Below are positions 45,753 to 55,953 of a stretch of DNA of 64,000 bases, in pieces. The stretch's first letter is position 1. Each line of letters opens with the position of its first letter. The notes under the pieces are model-generated. The model was not told the origin of the DNA, did no database searches, and was given only the letters and a program-made list of their open reading frames with translations. The position numbers and the translations under genes were made by a program. Source of the DNA: Lachnospiraceae bacterium (GTDB lineage: Bacteria > Bacillota > Clostridia > Oscillospirales > CAG-272); assembly GCA_024404495.1 (NCBI GenBank), contig JAKSPT010000002.1, forward strand, positions 41,410 to 105,409, in the 5' to 3' direction.

Positions 45753-46613
45753 TTATGCGTTTTTCGTAATGACCTTCGCCTTGCATTCGCAAACGGCGTC
45801 GTCGGTGAAGAGGATCTCACCGAAGGAATCGGCGACGATCTCGCCGGATTTCGGGTTCTTGACCGAAACGATATTGCCGTTCACGGTCGCCTTCACGTCG
45901 GAATACTCGAACGAAAGGTCGGTTTCCTCCATCGTGCAGTCAACGAGCGTGAGGTTTTTGCAGTAGCAGAGCGGCTGCGTGCCGACGATCGTGCAGCCGA
46001 TCAGCGTCAGACCGTCGGAATACCAGCCGAGGTATTCGCCCCGGATGACCGAATTCTTTACGGTGACGTTTTTCGTGTGCCAGAAGGCGTCCTTCGTGTC
46101 GAACTCGGAGTCGGCGATCGAAACATTCCGGCAGTACTGGAAGGAATATTTGCCCTTCATTTTCAGCCCGGTGATGCGGATCTTGTCCGAGCCCATCAGG
46201 AAATATTCGGATTCGATCTCGGAGTCGGTGATCTTCAGCCCGCGGCATTTCCAGCCGAACTCGGGAGAGACTGCTTTGACGCCGGTCAGGGTGATATTGC
46301 GGCATTCTCTGAGGCACTTGACGCCCGTGATCTCGGTGTTTTCGATCCGGCCCTTTTCGGAGTACCAGATCGGCGCGCGGGTTTTTTCGTCCATCGTCGA
46401 ATCGGCGAGAACGAATCCGATATCGTGCCACAGCGGATAGCGGAGCGAGAACGAGCAGTTTCTCACCGCGATATCACGGCATTCCTTCAGCGCGGATTCG
46501 CCGTCGGCGGGACCCGCAAAAACGCAGTCGCGGACCTCGGTTCTTTTCAGACCGTACAGGGCGCGCTCCTTGTCGAGCGTCTGCCCTTCGATTTTTTGTT
46601 TCTTTAGCGTCAT
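45753..46613 (-). CDS. DUF3737-like right-handed beta-helix repeat protein
   Basis: 286 aa with repeated beta-helix rungs (NCSFS, NITLTGVKA, NVSIADSEF, NVTVKNSVI). Confidence 0.5.
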   Translation of the reverse strand: MTLKKQKIEGQTLDKERALYGLKRTEVRDCVFAGPADGESALKECRDIAVRNCSFSLRYPLWHDIGFVLADSTMDEKTRAPIWYSEKGRIENTEITGVKCLRECRNITLTGVKAVSPEFGWKCRGLKITDSEIESEYFLMGSDKIRITGLKMKGKYSFQYCRNVSIADSEFDTKDAFWHTKNVTVKNSVIRGEYLGWYSDGLTLIGCTIVGTQPLCYCKNLTLVDCTMEETDLSFEYSDVKATVNGNIVSVKNPKSGEIVADSFGEILFTDDAVCECKAKVITKNA

Positions 46614-46663
46614 ATCTCAAACCCCTCCTTTTTCTGTTTTTGCGGAAGAAGCGGCGAGACTGA

Positions 46664-48166
46664 TTACCACTGCTTGCCGGAGTTTTTCAGAAGAACGTCG
46701 TGCGCGCCGCCCTCGACGATCGAGACGGCGGAAACGAGCGTGAGCTTTGCCTTTTTCTGCAGCTCGGGGATCGTGAGCGCGCCGCAGTTGCACATCGTGG
46801 AGCGGACCTTCGCGAGGGAGAGCTGCACGTTGTCGGAAAGCTTGCCGGCGTAGGGGACGTAGGAATCGACGCCTTCCTCAAAGGAGAGCTTCGCGGCGCC
46901 GCCGAGGTCGTAACGCTGCCAGTTGCGGGCACGGTTGGAGCCTTCGCCCCAGTACTCCTTGCGGAGCGTGCCGTCGATGTTGATCTTCGCGGTGGGGGAT
47001 TCGTCAAAGCGGGCGAAATATCTGCCGAGCATCATGAAGTCGGCGCCCATCGCGAGCGCGAGGGTCATGTGGTAGTCGTGGACGATACCGCCGTCGGAGC
47101 AGACCGGAACGTAGACGCCGGTCTCTTCAAAATACTTGTCGCGCTCTCTGCAGACGTCGATCAGCGCGGAGGCCTGTCCGCGTCCGATGCCCTTGGTCTC
47201 ACGGGTGATGCAGATCGAACCGCCGCCGATGCCGACCTTGACGAAGTCCGCGCCGCACTCGGCGAGGAAGCGGAAGCCTTCGCCGTCAACGACGTTGCCC
47301 GCGCCGACCTTTACGGTGTCGCCGTAATTTGCGCGGATCCACGCGAGGGTGCGCTTCTGCCATTCGGAGAAGCCCTCGGAGGAGTCGATGCAGAGGATAT
47401 CGGCACCTGCCTCGACGAGAGCGGGAACGCGCTCGGCGTAGTCTCTGGTGTTGATGCCCGCGCCGACGATGTAGCGCTTCTTGCTGTCAAGCAGCTCGTT
47501 CGGATTTTCCTTGTGCTCGGTGTAGTCCTTGCGGAAGACGAAGCAGATCAGTCTGCCGTCGTCGCTGACGATCGGGAGGGAATTGAGCTTATGCTCCCAG
47601 ATGATATCGTTCGCGACCTTCAGGGAGGTGTCCGCGGGAGCGGTGATCAGCTTTTCGAGGGGGGTCATAAAGGAAGAAACGGGAGCGTCGAGGGACATAC
47701 GGCTGACGCGGTAGTCTCTGCCGGTGACGATGCCGAGCAGCTTGCCGTTCGCGGTGCCGTCCTCGGTGACGGCGACGGTGGAGTGACCGTTCTTTTCCTT
47801 GAGGGCAAGGATATCGGCAAGGGTATTGTCGGGACGGATGTTGGAATCGCTGGTGACGAAGCCCGCCTTGTAATCCTTGACGCGCTTGACCATCGCCGCC
47901 TCGTCGGCGATCGACTGGGATCCGTAAATAAAGGAGACGCCGCCTTCTTTCGCGAGGGCAATGGCAAGACGGTCACCCGAGACTGCCTGCATGATCGCGG
48001 AGGTCAGCGGGATGTTCATCGAGATCGCGGGCTCTTCTCCCTTTTTGAACTTGGTAAGAGGAGTTTTCAGACTGACGTTTGCGGGAATGCAGTCCGCGGA
48101 GGAATAGCCGGGAACCAGCAGATACTCGCTGAAGGTATGCGATACGTCCTGATAATAAGTTGCCAT
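46664..48166 (-). CDS. guaB: Inosine-5'-monophosphate dehydrogenase
   Basis: Catalytic loop [23 protein letters not shown] plus a CBS pair; start trimmed to MATYYQD. Promoter on the minus strand: -35 TTGACA (rc of 48235-48240), -10 TAAAAT (rc of 48211-48216). Confidence 0.8.
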   Translation of the reverse strand: MATYYQDVSHTFSEYLLVPGYSSADCIPANVSLKTPLTKFKKGEEPAISMNIPLTSAIMQAVSGDRLAIALAKEGGVSFIYGSQSIADEAAMVKRVKDYKAGFVTSDSNIRPDNTLADILALKEKNGHSTVAVTEDGTANGKLLGIVTGRDYRVSRMSLDAPVSSFMTPLEKLITAPADTSLKVANDIIWEHKLNSLPIVSDDGRLICFVFRKDYTEHKENPNELLDSKKRYIVGAGINTRDYAERVPALVEAGADILCIDSSEGFSEWQKRTLAWIRANYGDTVKVGAGNVVDGEGFRFLAECGADFVKVGIGGGSICITRETKGIGRGQASALIDVCRERDKYFEETGVYVPVCSDGGIVHDYHMTLALAMGADFMMLGRYFARFDESPTAKINIDGTLRKEYWGEGSNRARNWQRYDLGGAAKLSFEEGVDSYVPYAGKLSDNVQLSLAKVRSTMCNCGALTIPELQKKAKLTLVSAVSIVEGGAHDVLLKNSGKQW

Positions 48167-48369
48167 AATGACGCTCTCCTTTGAAGATTCTGTTTTTTTG
48201 ATTATCAATCATTTTACCATATTTGCGGGCATTTTGTCAAGTGATAAGAATGCACGATTTTCGCAAATGTAATTTTGGTCCTTTGGTGAAAAGGCAGACG
48301 GCAGCGGGGGGGAAGAGAAGCAAAGGTCCCGCGCCCTTTCCCCGGAGGGAAGGGCGCGGGACGGATCGG

Positions 48370-50946
48370 TTACTGGAGAAGCGATTTTTCGTTCTTGTCG
48401 CCGATGGTCAGACGGTTGTAGATCGCAAGACCGCTCGCCTTGTCGGCGCTGTAGGAATTGCCGTTGTAGCGCATCAGGTTGCAACCCGAAACGAAGCTGT
48501 TGCTGAAGGTCATATAGGTGCCGCCGATGTTGTCGGCGCCGAGGTTGAACAAGAAGACGTCCTTCGATCCGGAGACGCGGAGGAGGGCGTTGCAGCCGTA
48601 GCAGAAGGTGTTGTAAACGACCTCGCCCTCTGCCTTCTCGATGATCATATAGGTGCAGCGCTGACGGGTGATCGGGTCGAAGAGGAGCGTGAAGAGGTCG
48701 CCCTCGGAGATCCAGCCCTGCGCGTTCGGGACGGCGCTTCTCGAAATGGCGGTGCCGTTCTGGAGGTTGCCCTCAACGTAACCGTTCTTGCCGCCGACCT
48801 TGACCATGTTGGAGTAGCAGCAGCCGACCAGCTTCTTGATGAAGTGGTTGTCGCAGCTGCTGAAGTCGACGCCGTAGGCAGCCGCGGAAATGCCGCAGTT
48901 GACCATATAGACGCCGGAAGCCTTGCCGCGGACGACGTAGGGGGTCGTCTTGCAGATCGTGGGGCCGTTCTTGTAGTAGGTGAAGCGGATGCCGTTGACG
49001 CCGCTGTTTTCACCGGCGAGGGTGACGAGCGCGGTATCGGATGCCTTGCCGCCCATACCGTAGGCGGAAATGATCAGCGTGCCGGCGTCAAGACCGCCCT
49101 GACCGCGGTTTGCGACCGAGCTCGCGCCGCGCAGTTCCACGCCCGCAGGGACGGAGACCGGAGCGTCAAGCAGATAGACGCCTGCCGGGATGTAGAGGAC
49201 GCCGCCGCCGCGCTTGCCGACCTCGGTCAGCGCGAGCTGAAGATCCGCGGAGATATCCACGTCGCCGCCCGCCGTGAAATCGACGGTGTAGAGCTTGGCG
49301 ACCGGTTTCGTATAGCTTCTGTTGTAATCGACCTTGTATTCCTTGAGGGAGGTGGAGTCGTTCGTGATCTCACCGGGACCCTGAACCTTGCCGGTGGTCT
49401 TGACGTCGACCATCTTGACTCTGCCGCCCGTCTTGTTCAGAATGGCGTATTCGGAGCCCTCGAAGGAGGAGCGGCCGACGACCATGCCCCAACGGTCGTC
49501 CATATCCTCAACGTAAAGACCGATGCCGCAATCGGAGACGGTGAAGTCGAACAGCGAGCCCGCGAACTGGATACGGCTGCAGTGGACGATATCCACGCCG
49601 ACCTTGCAGGAGGCGACCTGCGTGTTCGAGAATTCTGTCCATTCCAGACCCGCGAGGATCAGACCGGTGGTGTTCTTCTTGGTGTACGCCTTGATGTCGG
49701 CGAGGGAGGGAGCGTTGTATTCGCTGCCCGCGTTCGCCCAGTACTGCGGACCGATCGAAAGGTTCTTCCAGGTACCGACGTCCGCCTGATTGTAGGCTTC
49801 GGCGCCGCAGAAGAGGAAGGTGCCCTTCACGTTGTCGATCGTGAACTGTTCGTGCGCGTTGGTATCGGGCTTGCAGGCGCCGATGCCCATATAACCGTTG
49901 ATGACGGTGACGTCCTGCACGTTCGCGAGCATATAGGAGGTGCCCGCGCCGGTGGTGTAGAAGGTGTAGGGGTACTGCTTGACGTTCGTCAGGCTCTGCT
50001 CGGGATAGAAGACGGTCAGACCTCTGACGCCGGCGCTTCCGCCGATGATGAAGAGAGACTGATCGAAATCGGTCGTTCCCGACTTCTGATAGTCGAGGAT
50101 GACGGTGCCGTAATCGTTGCCCTTCTCGGGATCCTGCCAGTCACCGCGGAGCGTGCAGAAGGGCGGAACGCTGATCGATCCGGTGACCTTGTATTTGCCC
50201 GCGGGGAGGAAGACGGTGCCGCCGCCCGCCTTGGAGACGTCGTTCAGCGCCTTCTGGATGGCGGACTTGCTGTCCTTTTCGCCGGTGGGGTCGGCGCCGT
50301 ACTTATCGTCGGTGGCGACGATATCGGCGATGACGACGTCGGACTGCGGATATTTCAGCTCGGGGATGCAGGGACGGTCGGAGGAAGAAAGCTCGATCAG
50401 CTCGATCGTGAACTCGCCTCTGCTTTCCATTCCTTCGGGAACGGTGATCGTCTTGCCGTCGCCGAGCCACTGCTCAATGAAGAGGTTCGCGGCGGTTTTG
50501 ATGCCCTTCAGGGATTTGGAGTTGATGACGATCTTGTTGTCGATGACCTTGACGATATAGTCGTTGTCGCCGAGTCCTTCGAGCGCCTTGTCCGATTCCT
50601 GACGGTTGGTGTTGCCGACGAGGATCTCGTAGTAGGTGGAAAGGACCTCGGGGTCCTTGTTCTTTTCAAAATCGGTGACGAATTCGTAGGTCATGCCCGA
50701 GGCGCCCGTCAGCGCGCGGTTGACGGCGGCTGCCGCGGCGACCTCGTAGTCGTTCGCGACGTCGGGACGGACCAGACGGTACTTCGCCGTGCCGTCTTCG
50801 TTCAGAAGAGAGAGCTTTCCGTCAACGACGGAAGGCGTCGTGTCGCCCGTCGTCTCGGTCGTTTCTCCGGGCGTCTTGTCGCACGAGAAGCAGCAGACAA
50901 GCGTCAGAGCGGCGAGAAGCAGGCAGAGAATGGTTCTTGCTTTCAT
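48370..50946 (-). CDS. Lipoprotein with tandem pectate-lyase-fold beta-helix domains (glycoside hydrolase family 55-like)
   Basis: Lipobox LTLVCCFSC; two repeats of the motif ADPTGEKDSKSAIQKALN... / ...DISADLQLALTEVGKRGGGVLYIPAGVY typical of Pectate_lyase_3/GH55. Promoter on the minus strand (rc): TTGACA 51026-51021, TAAAAT 51003-50998. Confidence 0.5.
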   Translation of the reverse strand: MKARTILCLLLAALTLVCCFSCDKTPGETTETTGDTTPSVVDGKLSLLNEDGTAKYRLVRPDVANDYEVAAAAAVNRALTGASGMTYEFVTDFEKNKDPEVLSTYYEILVGNTNRQESDKALEGLGDNDYIVKVIDNKIVINSKSLKGIKTAANLFIEQWLGDGKTITVPEGMESRGEFTIELIELSSSDRPCIPELKYPQSDVVIADIVATDDKYGADPTGEKDSKSAIQKALNDVSKAGGGTVFLPAGKYKVTGSISVPPFCTLRGDWQDPEKGNDYGTVILDYQKSGTTDFDQSLFIIGGSAGVRGLTVFYPEQSLTNVKQYPYTFYTTGAGTSYMLANVQDVTVINGYMGIGACKPDTNAHEQFTIDNVKGTFLFCGAEAYNQADVGTWKNLSIGPQYWANAGSEYNAPSLADIKAYTKKNTTGLILAGLEWTEFSNTQVASCKVGVDIVHCSRIQFAGSLFDFTVSDCGIGLYVEDMDDRWGMVVGRSSFEGSEYAILNKTGGRVKMVDVKTTGKVQGPGEITNDSTSLKEYKVDYNRSYTKPVAKLYTVDFTAGGDVDISADLQLALTEVGKRGGGVLYIPAGVYLLDAPVSVPAGVELRGASSVANRGQGGLDAGTLIISAYGMGGKASDTALVTLAGENSGVNGIRFTYYKNGPTICKTTPYVVRGKASGVYMVNCGISAAAYGVDFSSCDNHFIKKLVGCCYSNMVKVGGKNGYVEGNLQNGTAISRSAVPNAQGWISEGDLFTLLFDPITRQRCTYMIIEKAEGEVVYNTFCYGCNALLRVSGSKDVFLFNLGADNIGGTYMTFSNSFVSGCNLMRYNGNSYSADKASGLAIYNRLTIGDKNEKSLLQ

Positions 50947-51091
50947 CGGTTACTCCTTTTCATTATATAGCGGTGTGGAAAAAAGGATACTATAGGAATT
51001 TTATCACGGATGGAGGGAAATGTCAAGGGAGAAAAAAACGAGAACCGCTTGCGGTTGGCGGTTCTCGAGCTGCCGTACGGCAGCGCTTGTT

Positions 51092-51328
51092 TCATTTCTT
51101 TTCGGGGATTTCTTTTTCGTTCTTGCAATAGGGGCATTCGATCATATGATAGCCGCAGATACGGTACGCTTTTTCCTGCGCCTCTGCGGCAGGAAGAGGG
51201 TGTCCGCCGTCCATTTCGCGGTCAATGATGCTATCAAACTTTTCTTGATCATTGGGAACCTTGATTTGTTTGGTGTCTTGACAATAGGAACAGTTGTAAT
51301 TCATAAGAGAGATTCCTTTCAGCGTCAT
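51092..51328 (-). CDS. Small zinc-ribbon protein (two CxxC pairs)
   Basis: 78-aa ORF (MNYNCSYCQD...ECPYCKNE) with a downstream hairpin-plus-T terminator (rc of 51036-51068). Confidence 0.4.
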   Translation of the reverse strand: MTLKGISLMNYNCSYCQDTKQIKVPNDQEKFDSIIDREMDGGHPLPAAEAQEKAYRICGYHMIECPYCKNEKEIPEKK

Positions 51329-51599
51329 TTTGTGATAATCGGTTGTTAACCGCTTATCAGTATTATACTGCTTTTTCGTTTCGGCGTCAAGAAGCCGGAA
51401 CCGAATACCGGGAGACGGGAATCCCGAAAACGATCATGGATCCCTTGCTTCCCGACCGCATCGTGACCGTCAGTCACGACCGGTTTTCACAGCATTTCGA
51501 AATGAACAGACCGCTTCAGAAGCGGTGAACCGGGAAATAACGGTTGACATTTTTTGGCGGAAGTGCTATGATAAAAACAAAGAATGAGAGGATCTCTGC

Positions 51600-52625
51600 A
51601 TGAAGGAAATCACCGAATATTTATTGAAGAATGCGTCAATCAAGACGAATATCATTTCCGGGGATCGGCTGAAAGACGATAGTAAGCTTTGTATGAAATA
51701 TATTATCGAAGACGCTTTCAAACTCGGAAAGAATGGTATTGATTGCAAATATTATGACGCCGTGGTGCAGGGAGAGGGAAAAGAAAAGGATAAGATCAAC
51801 TCCCTTTACTCCAGCTCGCTTCAGTCTCTGCTTGTGTTTTGCGGGGTAAGCGCGGACAATCCGATCACCGTTGATGGAATCGAATACACGAAAGTCATGT
51901 TTGAATACAAAAACAAGGTGATCGGGTATCCGTCTTCCGTTGACGTTGTTTTGATGTCAAAGGACGAAAAGAAAGTGCTGTTTATCGAGTCCAAGCTATA
52001 CGAGATTGTTCGGGATTCTGATAAAGAAGGCAAATGTGAAGTCGGTCCGTCATATCTGTCAACTGACGAAAACGGGTATAAAAAGCTGGGTTTGTGTCAG
52101 GACGATCTGACAGAAATCGGAATAGACTTAAAGGACACCGGAATTTTCGGAACGAAAAACCCTTCCGATATGAAGAAGCATATATTAGGTTCATCAAATC
52201 AACCGACAAGAGACGGGAACGGATGGGTCAGAATAAAACCGATAAAGGGAAACGAGTATGTTTATTCGTACGGGATCAAGCAGTATTTAAGTCATATCAT
52301 CGGGATCATGAATTATAAAACCCCGGATACTAATTGCTCGACGGGATTAAAGGATCGGCTTTTTTCCAAAATCGGTTTCCTGATTCTGTATAATGACCTG
52401 CCCGGTTATACGAAGGAGGACGCAAAAGAAAAAATCAAATCTTTCAAGAAACATTGCGAGACGGTTAAAGGCGTTCTGGAGAAAAAGGCGATTCATGTGG
52501 ACGGAATCCCGATTGACATATCGATGGAATCCTATCAGAAATTGGCAGAGGAAGCAAAGCCATATTTTGATAAAATGCCTGCAACGGTCAAAGAGTATTA
52601 CCATCTTAACGAAAGAGAAACCTGA
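51600..52625 (+). CDS. Hypothetical protein with a PD-(D/E)xK nuclease-like motif, in an AT-rich islet
   Basis: Beta-strand pair ...SSVDVVLMSKDEKKVLFIESKLYE fits the (P)D...(D/E)xK core; low-GC, Lys-rich composition unlike its neighbours. Confidence 0.45.
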   Translation: MKEITEYLLKNASIKTNIISGDRLKDDSKLCMKYIIEDAFKLGKNGIDCKYYDAVVQGEGKEKDKINSLYSSSLQSLLVFCGVSADNPITVDGIEYTKVMFEYKNKVIGYPSSVDVVLMSKDEKKVLFIESKLYEIVRDSDKEGKCEVGPSYLSTDENGYKKLGLCQDDLTEIGIDLKDTGIFGTKNPSDMKKHILGSSNQPTRDGNGWVRIKPIKGNEYVYSYGIKQYLSHIIGIMNYKTPDTNCSTGLKDRLFSKIGFLILYNDLPGYTKEDAKEKIKSFKKHCETVKGVLEKKAIHVDGIPIDISMESYQKLAEEAKPYFDKMPATVKEYYHLNERET

Positions 52626-52668
52626 ACGAAAATACAATTCAAAACAATCTTTGAAGGGAGCAAACACT

Positions 52669-53778
52669 ATGAAGAAACTGTTATCGCTCGTTCTCAGCAT
52701 TCTTCTTCTTTCCGCATCCTTGATCCCGCTCGCGTCGTGCGATCAAAGCGGAAAACCGGGAGAAACGACCGCGCCGGAGGGCACCGGAGCCGAAGCGACC
52801 GGGGCGGACGCGACCGAGCCCGAAACGGAAAAGCCGGAGGAAAAAGGAATGGAACTGATCCCCGATCTGAAATTTGAAAAAGGGCTCGAGCTGCTCAGTC
52901 AGAAGGACCACGCAAACGGCGACGCGATCAAAACGCTCGGTACGCACAGCTTTTACGCCGATAAAACGGCGGAGAACCCGGTCTGGCGTCTGGCACAGTG
53001 GGATTCCGGTCCCTGCCTGATCGAAAACCGGGTGGATCGGGGCGTTTCCGAGATCACCGACGGCGCGTACCGCAGTTTTTCCTATCTGCCCGCAAAAAAC
53101 GAGATGACCTTCTTCCTCGACACCTCGCTTTATTATCAGGGCAAGCCCGCGAAGCAGGGCGACTACTGGCCGCATCTGCTGATCGAGGAAGGCGACTTCG
53201 GCTATCAGTCCCTGCCTGCAGAAACGAAGGCGTATTATTCCTGCGGAGCCGAAAAGCTGGTCTTTTCGATGGATGTGAGAATGGACGAATACGACCTGAC
53301 CAAGATCACGGGCGACTGGGTGCGCGCGGCGCAGTTCCTTGTCTATTTCTACGTCAAGGGGATCGAAAGCAATGATTTCTGCTGGTTCGGCGTGCAGATC
53401 TTCGACAACCGTTCCGAGCTGAGCGACAACTACATCGGTTATGACGGCGGCAAGCCGGATGCCTCCTCCGCGATGATCTACTCGATCGGCAGGAAGAACG
53501 TCTATCCGTCGGCAGACGAGGGCGGCTGCCCCTTCTGGTACGAGGGCAAGCCCCTCGCAAGCGATGACTGGATGCACGTCGAGATTGATCTGAAACCGTA
53601 TCTCGAAGATATGCTGAACGTCGGAAAGAAAAACGGCTATTTCAAGGTCGATTCGCTCGATGATCTCTGCATCAATGGGATGAACATCGGTTGGGAAACG
53701 ATCGGCACCTTCTGCCACTCCATGTCGGTGAAGGATATGTCGCTCCGCTCCTATCTCGAAAGCGACCTTGCCGAATAA
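52669..53778 (+). CDS. Lipoprotein of unknown function
   Basis: Lipobox LLLSASLIPLASC; GAAGGGAG RBS; start trimmed from the ORF-track 52393. Confidence 0.55.
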   Translation: MKKLLSLVLSILLLSASLIPLASCDQSGKPGETTAPEGTGAEATGADATEPETEKPEEKGMELIPDLKFEKGLELLSQKDHANGDAIKTLGTHSFYADKTAENPVWRLAQWDSGPCLIENRVDRGVSEITDGAYRSFSYLPAKNEMTFFLDTSLYYQGKPAKQGDYWPHLLIEEGDFGYQSLPAETKAYYSCGAEKLVFSMDVRMDEYDLTKITGDWVRAAQFLVYFYVKGIESNDFCWFGVQIFDNRSELSDNYIGYDGGKPDASSAMIYSIGRKNVYPSADEGGCPFWYEGKPLASDDWMHVEIDLKPYLEDMLNVGKKNGYFKVDSLDDLCINGMNIGWETIGTFCHSMSVKDMSLRSYLESDLAE

Positions 53779-53829
53779 ACAAATAAGTCGGGATGCCGCA
53801 TTGTGCGGCATCCCGTTTTTTTAGGTTCT

Positions 53830-54166
53830 TCATATATATTGGTGTTTTATCCTCGTTCTCGTCCGTTGACCGAAGGTCCGCCTCGTAGGGCGGGGCCTTG
53901 TGTCCCGCCGCGGGAAGATAAGCAATAGGCGAAGCGGAAGCCGATGCGCGTCACTGTGCGAAATACGGAGAAAAGACGGTTCTTGAAACGTCGGATTCCG
54001 AATGCAAAGTGACGCGCAATGCTTTGTTTACGTCCGTTCGGACTTCTTCCCGCGGCGGGACACAAGGCCCCGCCCTACGAGGCTTCCGGAACCTTCTGCG
54101 CGGCAGGCTATGCTTCGGCATCAAGGAGAACAATAAACCTTCACACACCAAATAATATGAAGAGCC
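53830..54166 (+). repeat. Copy C of the GC-hairpin terminal-inverted-repeat element family (most canonical copy)
   Basis: Left repeat 53884-53912, right repeat 54051-54079; the outer arms are also inverted (ttcttcatatatattggtg versus caccaaataatatgaagag); lies between convergent gene ends. Confidence 0.85.
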
Positions 54167-54170
54167 TTTT

Positions 54171-55883
54171 TTAATGGTTGACGATCGGGTAAACGCTGAA
54201 GGGTTCGTCGTGAATATCGAGGTACGCCATATACTCGTGCGCGCCGTCGTGACGCATCGCGAAGCGGCGTCTGCTTCCGGGGATCGGAACGAACTCGTCC
54301 TCCGGATGGTCGGGATCCCACGCGACCCCGACCGTGGCGGGACCGAGCGCGGCGTAAAGCAGAGGTCCGTATTCGAGGGCGAAGCGATCCTTTCCGGGGA
54401 TTTCCTCGCCGCCCGTGTATTTCGTGACGCGGAAGCCCATCGGCAGGGTGAACGCAATTTCGTCCCCCGCTTTGATACCGGTCAGCTCCGCGTAGCCGGG
54501 ACCCGCGGTGAGCGCTTTTTTCCCGTTTTTCATCAGCGTCACCGGGGCTGTGACCCAGCGCGGGATCCGGAACCGGAACGAAAAGGGCTTTTCCGCGTGT
54601 GTGACGGTGAAGGTCACCCCGCCGTCGTCCGGCATGGCGGTGCGGCATTCGACCGAAACGGCGTTTCCGTTCAGGTCGAGATCCGCCTCACTTTCGGCGT
54701 ACAGGTCGGCGTAAAGGACGTCCTTTGCCGTCGTATAGAGAAACTGCGGGAGCATTCCGGCAAGCCTCGTTCCGAGCGAGGCACAGCAGGTGCAGCGGTC
54801 GAGATAGCGGGAATCCTTGCCGCCCTCAAGGAAATTCAGGTAGTGATAGCCCTCGCTGCCGACCTGCGAGGCGAGGAGGACGTTATAGACCGAGTTTTCG
54901 ATCTCGTCGGCGTAGTGGGAGTTGTCCGGTTCAAGCAGGCGCATCCTCTGATTCAGGAAGATCCAGAAATTCGTGGAGCAGAGCTCGTTGTAGTTGTGCT
55001 TCATGCTCAGCCAGTTGCAGCCGGGGTAATAGGTGTCCATCTCGCACATATTGATCCCGCCGCCGACGTGCTGCCACTTGTCCTCATACATTTTCAGCGC
55101 TCCTTTGACGGCACGCAGATAGGTTTCGTCCCCCGTGACGCGGTAGAGATCGAGATATCCCTCGAGCGTGGTCAGCAGGGTGGAATGAGGATGGTTCCCG
55201 GGGTGCGCGTAAATCGCCTTATGATCGCCCGCGATGCATTGGCCGAGCCACCATCTTTCCTCGTAGGCGCGGACCGTCACGTCGATGTCCTCCTTTTTCC
55301 CGACCGGGGAATCGTAGACGCGCGTTCCGATCAGCAGCCCCTGAAAGCCGAGGTTCATATCCTTGACCGTGTCGAGCAGATCGCAGGAATTGAAGAAATC
55401 GGTCATCCCGCGCGCGAGGCCGAACGCGCCGCCGATCCCGGCGTAACCCGCGTCGAGCAGACCGTAGGTCACCCACGCGCGGGTATAGTTCGGGTATTCC
55501 TTGGTGCGCCATTCGTTCCGGTCGATCGGCAGGAAGAAGCCGTCCTCATCCCGGCAGGCGGCGATCTCTTTTACGATCTCCTCCGCCATACCGCGTAAGG
55601 TTTCGTCCTCCTCCCAAAGCAGGGAGGTGCAGGCGCCCATCAGAAATTCGCCCGCCGTCTGTCCCTTGAGATTCCGCTCGAAATGCCCCGACTGCCAGCA
55701 GTAGGGCACGCCGGGCGCGGGCTTTCCCTTATGGACGCGGTAATAGTAGAGGATGCGGTCGGTGTCGAAGCCATGAAGAAAGGCGATATTGTTCCGGAAC
55801 GCTTTTTCAAGTCTTCCTCCGGTCAGCCTTACCCCCTTCGTCGGGGCGGAGGCTGCGTAGGGAACGACGTATTTCTTGTCCAT
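54171..55883 (-). CDS. Glycoside hydrolase family 127-like (DUF1680; beta-L-arabinofuranosidase-like)
   Basis: 571 aa after trimming to MDKKYVV; Cys-rich zinc motif YLDRCTCCASLG and the (alpha/alpha)6 pattern of DUF1680. Confidence 0.5.
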   Translation of the reverse strand: MDKKYVVPYAASAPTKGVRLTGGRLEKAFRNNIAFLHGFDTDRILYYYRVHKGKPAPGVPYCWQSGHFERNLKGQTAGEFLMGACTSLLWEEDETLRGMAEEIVKEIAACRDEDGFFLPIDRNEWRTKEYPNYTRAWVTYGLLDAGYAGIGGAFGLARGMTDFFNSCDLLDTVKDMNLGFQGLLIGTRVYDSPVGKKEDIDVTVRAYEERWWLGQCIAGDHKAIYAHPGNHPHSTLLTTLEGYLDLYRVTGDETYLRAVKGALKMYEDKWQHVGGGINMCEMDTYYPGCNWLSMKHNYNELCSTNFWIFLNQRMRLLEPDNSHYADEIENSVYNVLLASQVGSEGYHYLNFLEGGKDSRYLDRCTCCASLGTRLAGMLPQFLYTTAKDVLYADLYAESEADLDLNGNAVSVECRTAMPDDGGVTFTVTHAEKPFSFRFRIPRWVTAPVTLMKNGKKALTAGPGYAELTGIKAGDEIAFTLPMGFRVTKYTGGEEIPGKDRFALEYGPLLYAALGPATVGVAWDPDHPEDEFVPIPGSRRRFAMRHDGAHEYMAYLDIHDEPFSVYPIVNH

Positions 55884-55953
55884 TTTCCTGTCCTTTTTGC
55901 AAAGATCCGGCTGAAACGCGACGGGATCGTTTTTCAGCCGGATCGTTTGATTT

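Noticed and set aside
48223-50970. 915-aa plus-strand ORF across the GH55-like gene (also 46700..48184+, 45564..46607+, 56528..60298+, 61533..62744-)
   Set aside because: All are compositionally biased antisense frames opposite well-supported genes (IMPDH, DUF3737-like, beta-helix hydrolases, SBP).
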